Positions 23,835 to 33,018 of a stretch of 53,317 nt of DNA are shown one piece after another. Each line of letters opens with the position of its first letter. The stretch's first letter is position 1. Source of the stretch: a virus; the IMG/VR virus record IMGVR_UViG_3300029248_000010, positions 1 to 53,317 of that record. The stretch is one strand, 5' to 3'. The notes below the pieces were generated by a model. The model did not search any database. It was not told where the DNA came from and worked only from the letters and a program-made list of their open reading frames with translations. The position numbers and the translations under genes were made by a program.

Positions 23835-24491
23835 TTAGCGAGTTCCCCATTGCTCTGCCATGGCTTTAGCAATACCGGGGAAAGTCTTTGCGCGGTTTTT
23901 CGCTCTATCCGTGGTAAACATGCCTTTGTGCTGTTCTCCATGTTTATGGCTATAACTTCCGCTTGGACACCATGTTGCCACAGGTTCTACAATATCAGTT
24001 GGTTGTAGCTTCGGCAGACCCTTTAACCACAGACAGGTTTTCTTACTGTAAGGATGCCCATATTCATAGGGTTGAACTATCTGTGTGTATTTTGGCATAG
24101 CAAATACCTTACTCGGTATCGGGTTTTCAACAGCAATCATTGAGATATCTGCAAGCCAGAACCGCATAAAAAAGTCTCGTGCTTGAATCCCAAGTATCAC
24201 CCTATCAGCTTGTAACTGATGTCCTTTCCAAAGATGACGCGCGCCCGCATTGCTTAGATATGTACATGGTGGATGTGCGATAAGCAGATCCCACTTCCCA
24301 ATTCTATGAGATTTACCGTCCATTGTAGTGATAATTCCACCATTAAGGGCTTTTAAGGCATCTCCTAAGATATGCCATTCAGGGTGACCACCTGATGGCT
24401 TTTGTATATCACAAGAATAAGCTTTGTGTCCAAGTTTACGAAATGCTTTACATACTTCTTGTGATTCTTCACAGGCTATCAATACTTTCAT
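23835..24491 (-). CDS. Divergent C5-cytosine methyltransferase-like protein
   Basis: 218 aa from ATG 24491 (RBS TAAGGAGG); IAHPPCTYLSNAG (PC catalytic motif), IAVENP (ENV-like). The N-terminus MKVLIACEESQEV replaces the usual FxGxG. Confidence 0.6.
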   Translation of the reverse strand: MKVLIACEESQEVCKAFRKLGHKAYSCDIQKPSGGHPEWHILGDALKALNGGIITTMDGKSHRIGKWDLLIAHPPCTYLSNAGARHLWKGHQLQADRVILGIQARDFFMRFWLADISMIAVENPIPSKVFAMPKYTQIVQPYEYGHPYSKKTCLWLKGLPKLQPTDIVEPVATWCPSGSYSHKHGEQHKGMFTTDRAKNRAKTFPGIAKAMAEQWGTR

Positions 24492-24501
24492 GTTATCCTC
24501 C

Positions 24502-26208
24502 TTAATGAGTTCCCCAAGGACCCCAGCCGATATCCACATCCAAGGGCACTCTAAGCTCAACGCCAAAGTCATCCAAAACCTGAGGATGCTTCATAACCCT
24601 GCGAATGGTCTCATCCACAAAGTCCTTGTCCTCAACTCGGCACTCACCAATGATGGAGTCATGTACGGTAGCACCGATCCATGCCACACCTTTGAGCTCC
24701 TTATTGATCTGGGTCACAGCAGAGATCAGTAGATCAGACCCTGAACCCTGAACTGGAGTATTGATAGCACGGCGAGCTGCACTTGCCCGTTCCCACTTGT
24801 TTATGGAATAGATGAGAGGGAGCTTGCGGAAACGACCAAACATATTCGCCACGCCGCCCTGCATTTCGCAGAGATCCTCCTGTTCCTTATGCCAAGGTAA
24901 CAGCCGAGCATACTTTGCAAAGAACAGGTCACGGATGTGCTCAGCCTCTCGCTGAGTAAAGACTTGACCATAGCTGTCCAGAGCGTACTTGACGAACTTC
25001 TTCGCTTGCATACCATACAGAAAACCGAAGTTCACGGCCTTGGCTTTCCCTCTCTCTTCCTTAGTAGGAGCACGACCATTCGTAAAGAGCTTGGCTGTCT
25101 CGGTATGGATGTCACCATTGTTGTGGTAAATGTCCAGCATGGTCTTCTCGTTGGCATAGTGAGCAGCAATGCGCAACTCCAACTGAGAGTAGTCTGCCTC
25201 AAAGAGAATCATGCCTGGAGCGCCCGCAAACAGACCTCTGATGTCCTTGGTTCTTGGTACTTGTTGGAGGTTGGGATTATTACAACTCGTGCGACCTGAA
25301 ACCACGTTGGTGAGGTTGAAGCTCGGGTGGATGCGGCTCTCATAACAGTCGTCCTCCCAGCGATTGAGGAACATTTTGTTACGAGTAGCAGCGTCTTTGT
25401 ATTCAAGCAGCAGCTTCGGGATTTCATACCCCTGCATAGAGAGCTCCTTGAGGACGTCAGCAGCAATGGAGGGAGCTCCCTTGGCTGTACGGTTGATGAT
25501 GGGCATTTTCTCCTGCTCATAGAACACTTCTGCCACCTGTGCAGAGCTGTTCCAGTTAATCTTTGCATGTGTGTTGAGCTCTGCGAGCAGCTTCTTCTCC
25601 TGAGAGTTGTACTTTTTACGTACAGACCGTAAAGCATCGAGGTCAATGTAGAGGCCGTTACGCTCAATGTCTCTGTATGCCCTATAAGCGGGTCTGAGCA
25701 GCTCTCGGTAGAGCTTCATCTGCCTGGAGCTCATGTTGCAGCACAGATATTGATAAAGTTGCCATGTATACTTGACGTCGCACTTCAGATAGGGAACGAT
25801 GGTGTCCTTATCACCGCTGAGCTTTTCCTTCTTCTTTATGTCCCAGTCGGGTACACCGAGATAGGACTTAGCCATGGCTTTAAGACCATGTTCAGCAACC
25901 AGATCGTACGCTGTACCCATCAGCATCGTATCTTCATGGATGGGTATTTTGAGGCCAAGATGGTGCTCAATAAAGAGGGTATCGAATTTACCATTCTGGA
26001 ATACAGTCTTGGCCTTGGCTTCCCGGACGTGCTTCATTACATTGCGAAACTTGCGCATATCAGCCTCACTGGAACCATCATAAATGAGAATCTTAGACAG
26101 ATCGTCATCGACAGTTTTGGCAAGCCCGACTCCAATCCATGTGATATGGTCTTTGTACCGGTTAAGGCCAGTAGTTTCAATGTCAATCGTGGCGAACTGG
26201 TAGCTCAT
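24502..26208 (-). CDS. Family A DNA polymerase with 3-5 exonuclease domain
   Basis: 568 aa; FATIDIETTGL (Exo I), NNPNLQQVPR, LFEADYSQLELRIAAH (motif A), KAKAVNFGFLYGM (motif B), ATVHDSII (motif C). Confidence 0.93.
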   Translation of the reverse strand: MSYQFATIDIETTGLNRYKDHITWIGVGLAKTVDDDLSKILIYDGSSEADMRKFRNVMKHVREAKAKTVFQNGKFDTLFIEHHLGLKIPIHEDTMLMGTAYDLVAEHGLKAMAKSYLGVPDWDIKKKEKLSGDKDTIVPYLKCDVKYTWQLYQYLCCNMSSRQMKLYRELLRPAYRAYRDIERNGLYIDLDALRSVRKKYNSQEKKLLAELNTHAKINWNSSAQVAEVFYEQEKMPIINRTAKGAPSIAADVLKELSMQGYEIPKLLLEYKDAATRNKMFLNRWEDDCYESRIHPSFNLTNVVSGRTSCNNPNLQQVPRTKDIRGLFAGAPGMILFEADYSQLELRIAAHYANEKTMLDIYHNNGDIHTETAKLFTNGRAPTKEERGKAKAVNFGFLYGMQAKKFVKYALDSYGQVFTQREAEHIRDLFFAKYARLLPWHKEQEDLCEMQGGVANMFGRFRKLPLIYSINKWERASAARRAINTPVQGSGSDLLISAVTQINKELKGVAWIGATVHDSIIGECRVEDKDFVDETIRRVMKHPQVLDDFGVELRVPLDVDIGWGPWGTH

Positions 26209-26210
26209 GT

Positions 26211-26615
26211 TTATTCCTCCTTATACGTCCCGTCAGGATTAAAGAGCTCATCATACCATGCTTCCAGATCCACACCGATGTCCTTGAGTTTCTGTCGCTC
26301 AGGGTAGGTGTCCTCCATCTCGTAGAACTCCCGCATGGCCTTGTGCTCTTCAAAGACATCCTTGTAGAACTGGTATAGGCGTTTAGCTCCCCAGCCGTGC
26401 CGAATATGCAGTGCCCACAGATACATAGCATCCATGTCAAGAGTCAAACCTTTGCTTGCCTCAATACAGCGCTTATTGATCTCTTCTTTAAGGACAGTCC
26501 TGGCAACACCGGACAGCATGGACTTCTTCATGTCAGAGGGCTTCATACTGTACACAGGCTCAGCTTTCGGGAGCTTGCCTTGACGCTCTAATGCCCTGCG
26601 CTCTCGTCTGTTCAT
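26211..26615 (-). CDS. Hypothetical protein
   Basis: 134 aa, 2-nt gap to polymerase start, ATGA-type overlap upstream. Confidence 0.55.
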   Translation of the reverse strand: MNRRERRALERQGKLPKAEPVYSMKPSDMKKSMLSGVARTVLKEEINKRCIEASKGLTLDMDAMYLWALHIRHGWGAKRLYQFYKDVFEEHKAMREFYEMEDTYPERQKLKDIGVDLEAWYDELFNPDGTYKEE

Positions 26616-26971
26616 AAACCAAATCCGCCTCCCTTCTTAGAATGTCTGGGACAGGAATCATACTCATGGTGCATAACTGTACCACACTGTCCCCAGATTT
26701 TACCAGTCGTGACTCGAGTATTGAAGCTTCTACAAGTCTTACAGATACCCTGACTGAAGCAGCCCTCCATACCGAGCTTGGACTCAAGGCTGTCAACTAC
26801 GTTGACCATGTCAGACCATGACAGCCGAATCTCGTTCTTCTTGCCTTTTGCCATCACAAGACCGCCGTCAGGCTTTTCCTTAGCCTTTTGCCGGAGCAGA
26901 TGCTTTATAGCTCTCAGTGTGAGCTCCAGCTCACTGATTGTCTTACCCTTGTCTTCATTCAAGGATGTCAT
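26612..26971 (-). CDS. Hypothetical Cys/His-containing protein
   Basis: 119 aa from ATG 26971 (GAGG 6 nt upstream); CKTCRSF...CGTVMHHEYDSCPRH. Confidence 0.45.
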   Translation of the reverse strand: MTSLNEDKGKTISELELTLRAIKHLLRQKAKEKPDGGLVMAKGKKNEIRLSWSDMVNVVDSLESKLGMEGCFSQGICKTCRSFNTRVTTGKIWGQCGTVMHHEYDSCPRHSKKGGGFGL

Positions 26972-27296
26972 AGAATCCCTCATCTCCATCTCCACAGAAG
27001 AACTCAGGGTCACGGGGCTTCTTGTCAAGCTCACAAGCGTGAATGATCATTGCCTTTATGACGCCTTTCTTCCTGTACTTCTTGTAGTGTTTACACTTCT
27101 TGCAACGGACTATCTTAGACACATCATCCGTGGTAAAGGACGGGTATACCCAGTTAGACAAGAGGGTAAACTGCTGGATTACCTCGTCAAGGGTAACACG
27201 CTCACCATTCCTGTTCTTATAGGTTTTCCCAGGATTCTCCTTTAGCTGTTTCTTCATCAGGTGAATAACGAGCTCATACATATCATGTATTGTCAT
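26955..27296 (-). CDS. Hypothetical zinc-ribbon-like protein
   Basis: 113 aa; CKKCKHY...HACE...FFCGDG. Confidence 0.5.
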   Translation of the reverse strand: MTIHDMYELVIHLMKKQLKENPGKTYKNRNGERVTLDEVIQQFTLLSNWVYPSFTTDDVSKIVRCKKCKHYKKYRKKGVIKAMIIHACELDKKPRDPEFFCGDGDEGFYDILE

Positions 27297-27504
27297 GGAA
27301 TGTCCTTTCTAACAGGGTCTTGATGGGAATAATTTCTCTCTGGCCAAGATGGTAAAGCTCCACAGATGTACCCTGCGTAGTTTCAATCTCTTTAATCAGG
27401 TGACCTCTATTATTGACCACGATCCCTTCCTTGCAAATAAGGTACTTACCCTCAAATCCTGGGATGGGCTGCATACTAACTTCTCTATACACCATAGGGA
27501 TCAC
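27283..27504 (-). CDS. NUMOD4-motif protein (stand-alone remnant of an HNH/GIY-type homing endonuclease N-terminus)
   Basis: 73 aa; PIPGFEGKYLICKEGIVVNNRGHLIK matches the NUMOD4 pattern; no nuclease domain follows; GTGA overlap with primase stop. Confidence 0.5.
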   Translation of the reverse strand: MIPMVYREVSMQPIPGFEGKYLICKEGIVVNNRGHLIKEIETTQGTSVELYHLGQREIIPIKTLLERTFHDNT

Positions 27505-29429
27505 CGTCCTTTAAGTCCAAGTCCTGCCCAGAGGTAGTCTCTGGTTTTACTATCACGTATTTCTCTAAATCCTTGAGCGCGTATGTTACGCATAAAGGCG
27601 TGCTTCTTGTGAGACTCTCGACCGGTGTCAATACAGAACCGGCAGTAAGACTCATACAAGGCGTTCTTCTCGACGGTGAGGTCACTGTCCATTTCACAGT
27701 GCTTAGCGAGGAATGCGTGGATGCTATCACTATCCTGACGGAGGGACTCCACGTACTTGTCGCTCAGGCTGGTACGAGGAATCTCCTTGACTGGTAACAG
27801 GGACAACAGGTACGGAATGACCTCGGACACACCCTCTTCGCTACACAGGTCATTTACGTAGTCATTATTCAGAAACAGCTCTGTATTCATAAATAGGATT
27901 CTCATGCGTTTATAGAATGCGTTGGACTTTTCCTCCAGCTGGAGCGGTAGCTGGTTGAAGGAGAAGATGAGCTTGCAAAAAGGTACAAAGAAGAATGGTT
28001 CTTTTCCTTTGCGCTCATGCATAATCTGGTCACCACCGGTGATCTTCTTCAGGTTCTCAATAGAGGACAGAGGCAAGGACGAGTTATCTGCACAGGAGTT
28101 TAGCAGCCGGTTATAGAGCTGCGCCGGATAGAACCTCATATTGAGCTCATGCATACTCAGGGAGGAAACATTCTGTCTTCCTACAAGGGTCTCAAAGAAA
28201 CGAATCAGGACTGACTTACCTGTATTTGACTGACCGCAGAGAATCATGAATGTCTTAAGACCGTAGTCAAGGGTCATACAATATGCCATGTACTTGAGGA
28301 GCATCTTGATGTCCTCGGTAGGGAGTTTAGTTTTCTTAAAGAAGTCATAGAGCCGAGTCTGCTTAAAAGGCACATACTCGCCGACTTCATGAGGGATCTG
28401 CAGAGTCTGGAGGTACTTACTGTCATGAGGCAGCAGCTTATGAGCCTCGATATCCCAAACTCCGTTCTGGAAATTGATAAGGTTTTTGTCCTGGTTTAGC
28501 TGACTGGGAAGCCGCTGCAATCGCACGTCGTCACAGATAAGGCGGTAGGCCTCCATGATTCTTGTCTGCGTGATGAGGTGATCTACGACAATCATGTCCT
28601 TAATGGCATTACGCACATAGCTGCTCGCTTCGGCGTAAATGCCCTCTCTGTAGAGGTAGCACTCACCCCCCAGAACAAAGATGTCACCACGATTGACAAA
28701 GTAGTCACAGATAGCACGGTAGTTAATACTGTTGGGGACGCCTTTGCTGTTGTAGATAAGGTAGGGATTATCAAATTCATGAGCTGCCTCATAGCGTTTG
28801 GTATTCTCAATAATCTTCTCAAGCTCAGAGTCAACCATAGGCTCACTGAAGATAATGTCATTGATAGCATGAGCCATCTCATCAATCTGCTGGTCAGAAG
28901 CCCCCCTATTCTTGTAGGCCATGAGGTGAGCAAAGAGGGTAGCATTGCGCCCGTCACCGTCCTTAAGACCAAGAAGAGTCTCCTTACGATTGACCATAGG
29001 AGTCCACTCGGGGGGCAGCTCTGCTATCTCTCTGCACTTGTTAAAAGAACGATTCTCAGACCCGAACGGAAGGATTACATAGCCCTTGTTGGCACAACGG
29101 AAGTCACACTTAAGACCACAGGGGAGAATCATGCCGACCTTCTGAGGATAGTCCTTGTCACATTTGAAATACAAGTGCAGACCCTTCGGTGTTTTAGCCA
29201 TGAGGGTCTTCAGACCAAGGCGTTTTATCATCTTGAGAGCTTGAGCCTTACCCTCATCGATATCGACGATTATGTACCCTGTCCTGACCCACCAGCCGAT
29301 CTGTCCACCAGAGAAGATGTGAGCATCAGCAGCAGCCTGATTCACGATGGCAGTATCAAGGCGCTTCTTGCCCATGCAGCGGACGTAACTATCTTGACCT
29401 ACAAGGGCATCGAACTCACTCAGTTTCAT
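27501..29429 (-). CDS. Primase-helicase (prim-pol-like N-terminus plus D5/P4-type SF3 helicase)
   Basis: 642 aa; ILCGQSNTGKSVLIRF (Walker A), FCKLIFSFNQLP, N-terminal WVRTGYIIVDIDEG...YVILPFG primase-polymerase-like. Confidence 0.88.
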   Translation of the reverse strand: MKLSEFDALVGQDSYVRCMGKKRLDTAIVNQAAADAHIFSGGQIGWWVRTGYIIVDIDEGKAQALKMIKRLGLKTLMAKTPKGLHLYFKCDKDYPQKVGMILPCGLKCDFRCANKGYVILPFGSENRSFNKCREIAELPPEWTPMVNRKETLLGLKDGDGRNATLFAHLMAYKNRGASDQQIDEMAHAINDIIFSEPMVDSELEKIIENTKRYEAAHEFDNPYLIYNSKGVPNSINYRAICDYFVNRGDIFVLGGECYLYREGIYAEASSYVRNAIKDMIVVDHLITQTRIMEAYRLICDDVRLQRLPSQLNQDKNLINFQNGVWDIEAHKLLPHDSKYLQTLQIPHEVGEYVPFKQTRLYDFFKKTKLPTEDIKMLLKYMAYCMTLDYGLKTFMILCGQSNTGKSVLIRFFETLVGRQNVSSLSMHELNMRFYPAQLYNRLLNSCADNSSLPLSSIENLKKITGGDQIMHERKGKEPFFFVPFCKLIFSFNQLPLQLEEKSNAFYKRMRILFMNTELFLNNDYVNDLCSEEGVSEVIPYLLSLLPVKEIPRTSLSDKYVESLRQDSDSIHAFLAKHCEMDSDLTVEKNALYESYCRFCIDTGRESHKKHAFMRNIRAQGFREIRDSKTRDYLWAGLGLKGR

Positions 29430-29432
29430 GTA

Positions 29433-30011
29433 TCAGTTCTCCTTCTTAACGAATCTACAGCCGGGATCTTTCACACACTCAGCGCAAGCACCGCCCTCTT
29501 TGAGCTGCTTGTAGTCACCGTTGTGAACACAGCCTACACACGGGGTAGCTTTCGCGTAACGATCAAAGTTATGGCAGTCTCCACAAGGGAAGATATGGTC
29601 AGGGATGTTTGCAAACACACAAGACTGACACTTGTAGTTTTCAATGGAAGTCTGCCCGGGAACTTCTCTGTCAATGGTGGTCTGCTCCATGCTGGAGGAT
29701 GTGTTCATCCAGTGCTCAAGGCGGCTCACCTTGCCATTGATGCGCTGCTGGAGATCATAGGGCTTGATGTCGAAAATGTTGATCACATGATCAAGGACAA
29801 TGAGGACGTCAGCGACCTCGTCCAGTGCCTTGGTGTACAAATCATTATGAGCTTTCTCACGGTCAGCGTAACGGGGGTATTTAGCACATACAGCTGCAAG
29901 CTCAGTCAATTCTTCGCAAGAGACCAGAATCTGGTTGGTTTCACCATAGGTGTCACGGGCTTTCTTGAGAATCTGAAGATGTGTGCTGGTAAGATATTTT
30001 GTGTGACTCAT
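29433..30011 (-). CDS. MazG-like all-alpha NTP pyrophosphohydrolase fused to a Cys-rich C-terminal domain
   Basis: 192 aa; ILVSCEELTELAAVCAKY...ALDEVADVLIVLDHV (EExxE...E.aD pattern); C-terminus with CQSC, CGDC, CVGC, CAEC pairs. Confidence 0.6.
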   Translation of the reverse strand: MSHTKYLTSTHLQILKKARDTYGETNQILVSCEELTELAAVCAKYPRYADREKAHNDLYTKALDEVADVLIVLDHVINIFDIKPYDLQQRINGKVSRLEHWMNTSSSMEQTTIDREVPGQTSIENYKCQSCVFANIPDHIFPCGDCHNFDRYAKATPCVGCVHNGDYKQLKEGGACAECVKDPGCRFVKKEN

Positions 30012-30021
30012 ATAGGCCTCC

Positions 30022-30504
30022 TTAACGGTCAGAGTTGTCGTCCATCCAGTCAGTGATGTGACGTACTTTTACATAGTTGATGCGGAAAATATGTTCGGCC
30101 ATGATGGAGATCTCGGCTGTACCACCATAAATGACCTCAGCTACTCCAGCAGCACAAAGAGCTCGGGCACAAGCCTCACAGGGGTAACGGGTCACATAGA
30201 CCGTAGAGCCAAACACCCTCACGCCGTTACGAGCTGCCATAGCTAAAGCATCGATCTCACTATGCAGAGCCATGCAATCAGCCGGTCCACGGTGAGCTTT
30301 ACTGTCATTCCCATGGATCTGCTTACGCCAACATCCCATGAGCTTACAGTTCTGCGGAAGAGTACGATTTGCGCCCATACTGGCAGTAGTTTCAGTACCG
30401 TTGACTCCCTTGGTAATGACACACCCTACTGAGACTTTTTGGCAGCCTGAGTGAGCGATAGCGTACTTGTATGCCATATCAAGCCATTGTTTATCAGTAT
30501 TCAT
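30022..30504 (-). CDS. dCMP (deoxycytidylate) deaminase
   Basis: 160 aa; HSEIDAL (H[AS]E) and YPCEACARAL (PCxxC) zinc-site motifs. Confidence 0.88.
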   Translation of the reverse strand: MNTDKQWLDMAYKYAIAHSGCQKVSVGCVITKGVNGTETTASMGANRTLPQNCKLMGCWRKQIHGNDSKAHRGPADCMALHSEIDALAMAARNGVRVFGSTVYVTRYPCEACARALCAAGVAEVIYGGTAEISIMAEHIFRINYVKVRHITDWMDDNSDR

Positions 30505-30506
30505 AG

Positions 30507-31319
30507 TTAGTCCTCCATGATGAATTTGATTGCTTTCCAGTTAAACTTGATAGATTCCACGCCTGATCGAGTCTTGGCGATCTTGATAAGGGTAGGATCC
30601 TTACAGGCCAGCACGAACTGAGCTACTCTCTTGTGCTGCTTCTGCTGGATAGAGTCAAGCTCTGATGCATTGCAACCACCTGTCCCCGCGCCCATGGCTG
30701 GACAGTCATACTGGATTGCATTGGTTTTAACACATTCTAATCCCTTCTGGTAGCATTCCAACTGAAGGAAGAGATCCTCATTGCCTACAAGGTCGTTACT
30801 CTGGTAATTCAAACCAGCCTTGTGGATGGCCTTGACATTGATCCCCACAGCCTGTTGGAGCTGGGATCTGCGGAGGATAGGGATCTCATCCTCGGTAAGA
30901 GACCAGCTAAAGGGACGGTAACTTGCACCCAGCATAGCTTCGTCAGTCCAGATTGCCTCCCAGCACAGCAGCACCTTGCGCCAGTCCTCCACATGACCGA
31001 TGACATTGCCGGAGGCCTTGACCTTCCCGGACTTAGGGTCAACCATAGACAGGTCAAGTCGGGTAACATCATCGTCGAGCATGATGATCTTGTCGAAGCC
31101 CTTGTGTACTGCATAGTTGAACATGACTCTACGAGTCTCACCTATATTAGACACATTGGAAATGAGGACAAGGGTGGTGTTTGGTCTGGCCTTGATCCAG
31201 GAGTAGGCTTCCTTTTCCTCCTTGCGGACAAAGACGTACAGAGGGAACTTCTGGTTCATACTACGTCGAAGGAATTTGGCATCAGGTCGTCTGTAGGACG
31301 GTACAAATACAGGAATCAT
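30507..31319 (-). CDS. GT-A-fold glycosyltransferase-like protein, candidate DNA-base glycosyltransferase
   Basis: 270 aa; MIPVFVPSYRRP start and IIMLDDDV (DxD), pattern recalled for TET/JBP-associated glycosyltransferase-type phage proteins; embedded in nucleotide-metabolism genes. Confidence 0.5.
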   Translation of the reverse strand: MIPVFVPSYRRPDAKFLRRSMNQKFPLYVFVRKEEKEAYSWIKARPNTTLVLISNVSNIGETRRVMFNYAVHKGFDKIIMLDDDVTRLDLSMVDPKSGKVKASGNVIGHVEDWRKVLLCWEAIWTDEAMLGASYRPFSWSLTEDEIPILRRSQLQQAVGINVKAIHKAGLNYQSNDLVGNEDLFLQLECYQKGLECVKTNAIQYDCPAMGAGTGGCNASELDSIQQKQHKRVAQFVLACKDPTLIKIAKTRSGVESIKFNWKAIKFIMED

Positions 31320-32326
31320 AAATCCTCCTCACTGGGAACGTACTTCTTGCGGGGACGCCCTGTACCGTTCATCAGTTTTAGGTACTTGGACAGCTCACAC
31401 ATACAGTTCTCCAGGCTCATGATGTTCATGTAACGGTCTTCCTCAGGGAGATCCCAGAAGAGGGTCTTTGGGTCAAAGTCCTTACCAAGGTGCTTAGCAA
31501 AAAGGTCTTCAAGGTTGTCTCTCAGCCAGAATAGACACTCCTCATAGTTGAGATGATCCCTATTGGTAAACAGGTAGTTAATACCACGCTTGCAGCCGAT
31601 ACCAGCTACCGTGAACTCATTCTCCGAATAAGGAAAATCCTCTATGTAGGTAAAGTCCACAAAGATCTGGTAGGCCAAGAATCGACCAATGCCATTATAG
31701 GCGACGATCTGCTCATAAGCCTCACTCTGATCATCACAGAAGGACAACCTACCTGCAAAGTTTTGCTCAGTAAGGTGCTTCATAAACCAGAGAGGACGCA
31801 TTTCTGCAATGTCCCCGCCCAGATCCTCTGGAACATACTGACTGAAAACGCGCTTCATACCAGAGGTCAGAAATGCACCTGTAAAGAAGACTCGTTTAGG
31901 ATCCTCGTCCAAAGCATCCTGCCAGACGCCGTCGTAATTCTCAGGGTCAAAGCTGCCATCAGAAAACTTTATAGGTAAGTCAAGTAGTTCTGCAGTCTGG
32001 TGCTTGTTATACAGTCGGAATAGGACACAGTTATAGATCTTGTCCGTATAGGACAGCTTTTTATTGGAGGTAATGTGCTCGATGAGCCATTTGGTTTCTC
32101 TGTCGTGCTCACGCCGGACGTTAGTGAACCTGTACTCTGCGAGGATGGTATCAGACGTCCACGGTGCAGACAGCTTGAGCACATCCTTGCGAAGATGGAT
32201 CTGGTAACGACGCTGGATGTAATTATACAGGATTCTTAGGTTGGTGTTGTTGACCGTAGGATTAGCCCCATGGATCTTGAACTGGTTTACACCGCAGTAG
32301 GGGGTATCGTTCAACTTGATCTTCAT
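31316..32326 (-). CDS. HhH-containing enzyme, candidate DNA base-hypermodification protein (aGPT-pyrophosphorylase-like?)
   Basis: 336 aa; YRFTNVRREHDRET, FFTGAFLTSG, YNGIGRFLAYQIFVDF (helix-hairpin-helix GIG motif), NCMCELSKY; family assignment is from memory and context only. Confidence 0.35.
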   Translation of the reverse strand: MKIKLNDTPYCGVNQFKIHGANPTVNNTNLRILYNYIQRRYQIHLRKDVLKLSAPWTSDTILAEYRFTNVRREHDRETKWLIEHITSNKKLSYTDKIYNCVLFRLYNKHQTAELLDLPIKFSDGSFDPENYDGVWQDALDEDPKRVFFTGAFLTSGMKRVFSQYVPEDLGGDIAEMRPLWFMKHLTEQNFAGRLSFCDDQSEAYEQIVAYNGIGRFLAYQIFVDFTYIEDFPYSENEFTVAGIGCKRGINYLFTNRDHLNYEECLFWLRDNLEDLFAKHLGKDFDPKTLFWDLPEEDRYMNIMSLENCMCELSKYLKLMNGTGRPRKKYVPSEEDL

Positions 32327-33018
32327 AAAGCCTCCTTAGTCTTAAAGAACTTGTGATTGCCGATGGTCATTACATGAATGAGGTCAGTCTCATGCCAGTG
32401 AGAGTACTTGCCTCCAACCGTAGAGTAAAAATATTCAATAGGTTCGGAGGTGATTCTTTCTCCCAGGATGAAGACGGCAATACAGGCATCCTCTACATCA
32501 GATTTAGCCTTATCATTATTGAGAGGGGAGGCATACCTATTTGGGAGCTTAACAACCTCTTCCGGGGTCATGTTACGGAGCTGCGCCGTGTCCAGGATGC
32601 ACTGAGCCACAGCCATCTGACCGTCATAGGGCTCGCCCCAGCACTCCTGAGCTACCACTCCCAGCACATAGTCCCAGTCCCAACCGAGATCGGGGATGGT
32701 AGCAGGCTGGTCATACACAGAGTTATTGAATACGAGGGACTCTTCGATGATGGTCTCATCCTCGAGGACGTCAGTTTGCTCGGCGGGGTACATAAGTTCC
32801 TGTTGGAGCTCCCGTGTCTCCTGAAGGACTTCAGAGGACGTCTGAAGGACTTCCTCAACTTCCTGCTGAAGGGTCTGGAACTGCGCACTGATCGTTAGGT
32901 AGCAGCCAACAATGAAGCCCAGTAGACCAGCAGTAATGATGAGGATCAGGTTGGTAATGCTGCGCATACGCTTGTTAATGTAGCGGACACTGTCCGGATG
33001 ATAATAGTAAGACATCAT
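32323..33018 (-). CDS. Membrane-anchored SleB/CwlJ-type cell wall hydrolase
   Basis: 231 aa; TM ITNLILIITAGLLGFIVGCYLTI, coiled coil, then LGVVAQECWGEPYDGQMAVAQCILDTA (Hydrolase_2 signature). Confidence 0.65.
   Translation of the reverse strand: MMSYYYHPDSVRYINKRMRSITNLILIITAGLLGFIVGCYLTISAQFQTLQQEVEEVLQTSSEVLQETRELQQELMYPAEQTDVLEDETIIEESLVFNNSVYDQPATIPDLGWDWDYVLGVVAQECWGEPYDGQMAVAQCILDTAQLRNMTPEEVVKLPNRYASPLNNDKAKSDVEDACIAVFILGERITSEPIEYFYSTVGGKYSHWHETDLIHVMTIGNHKFFKTKEAL

Noticed and set aside
28578-30056. 492-aa + strand ORF
   Set aside because: It is antisense to the primase-helicase and MazG-like genes, which carry clear Walker and MazG motifs. It has no RBS.
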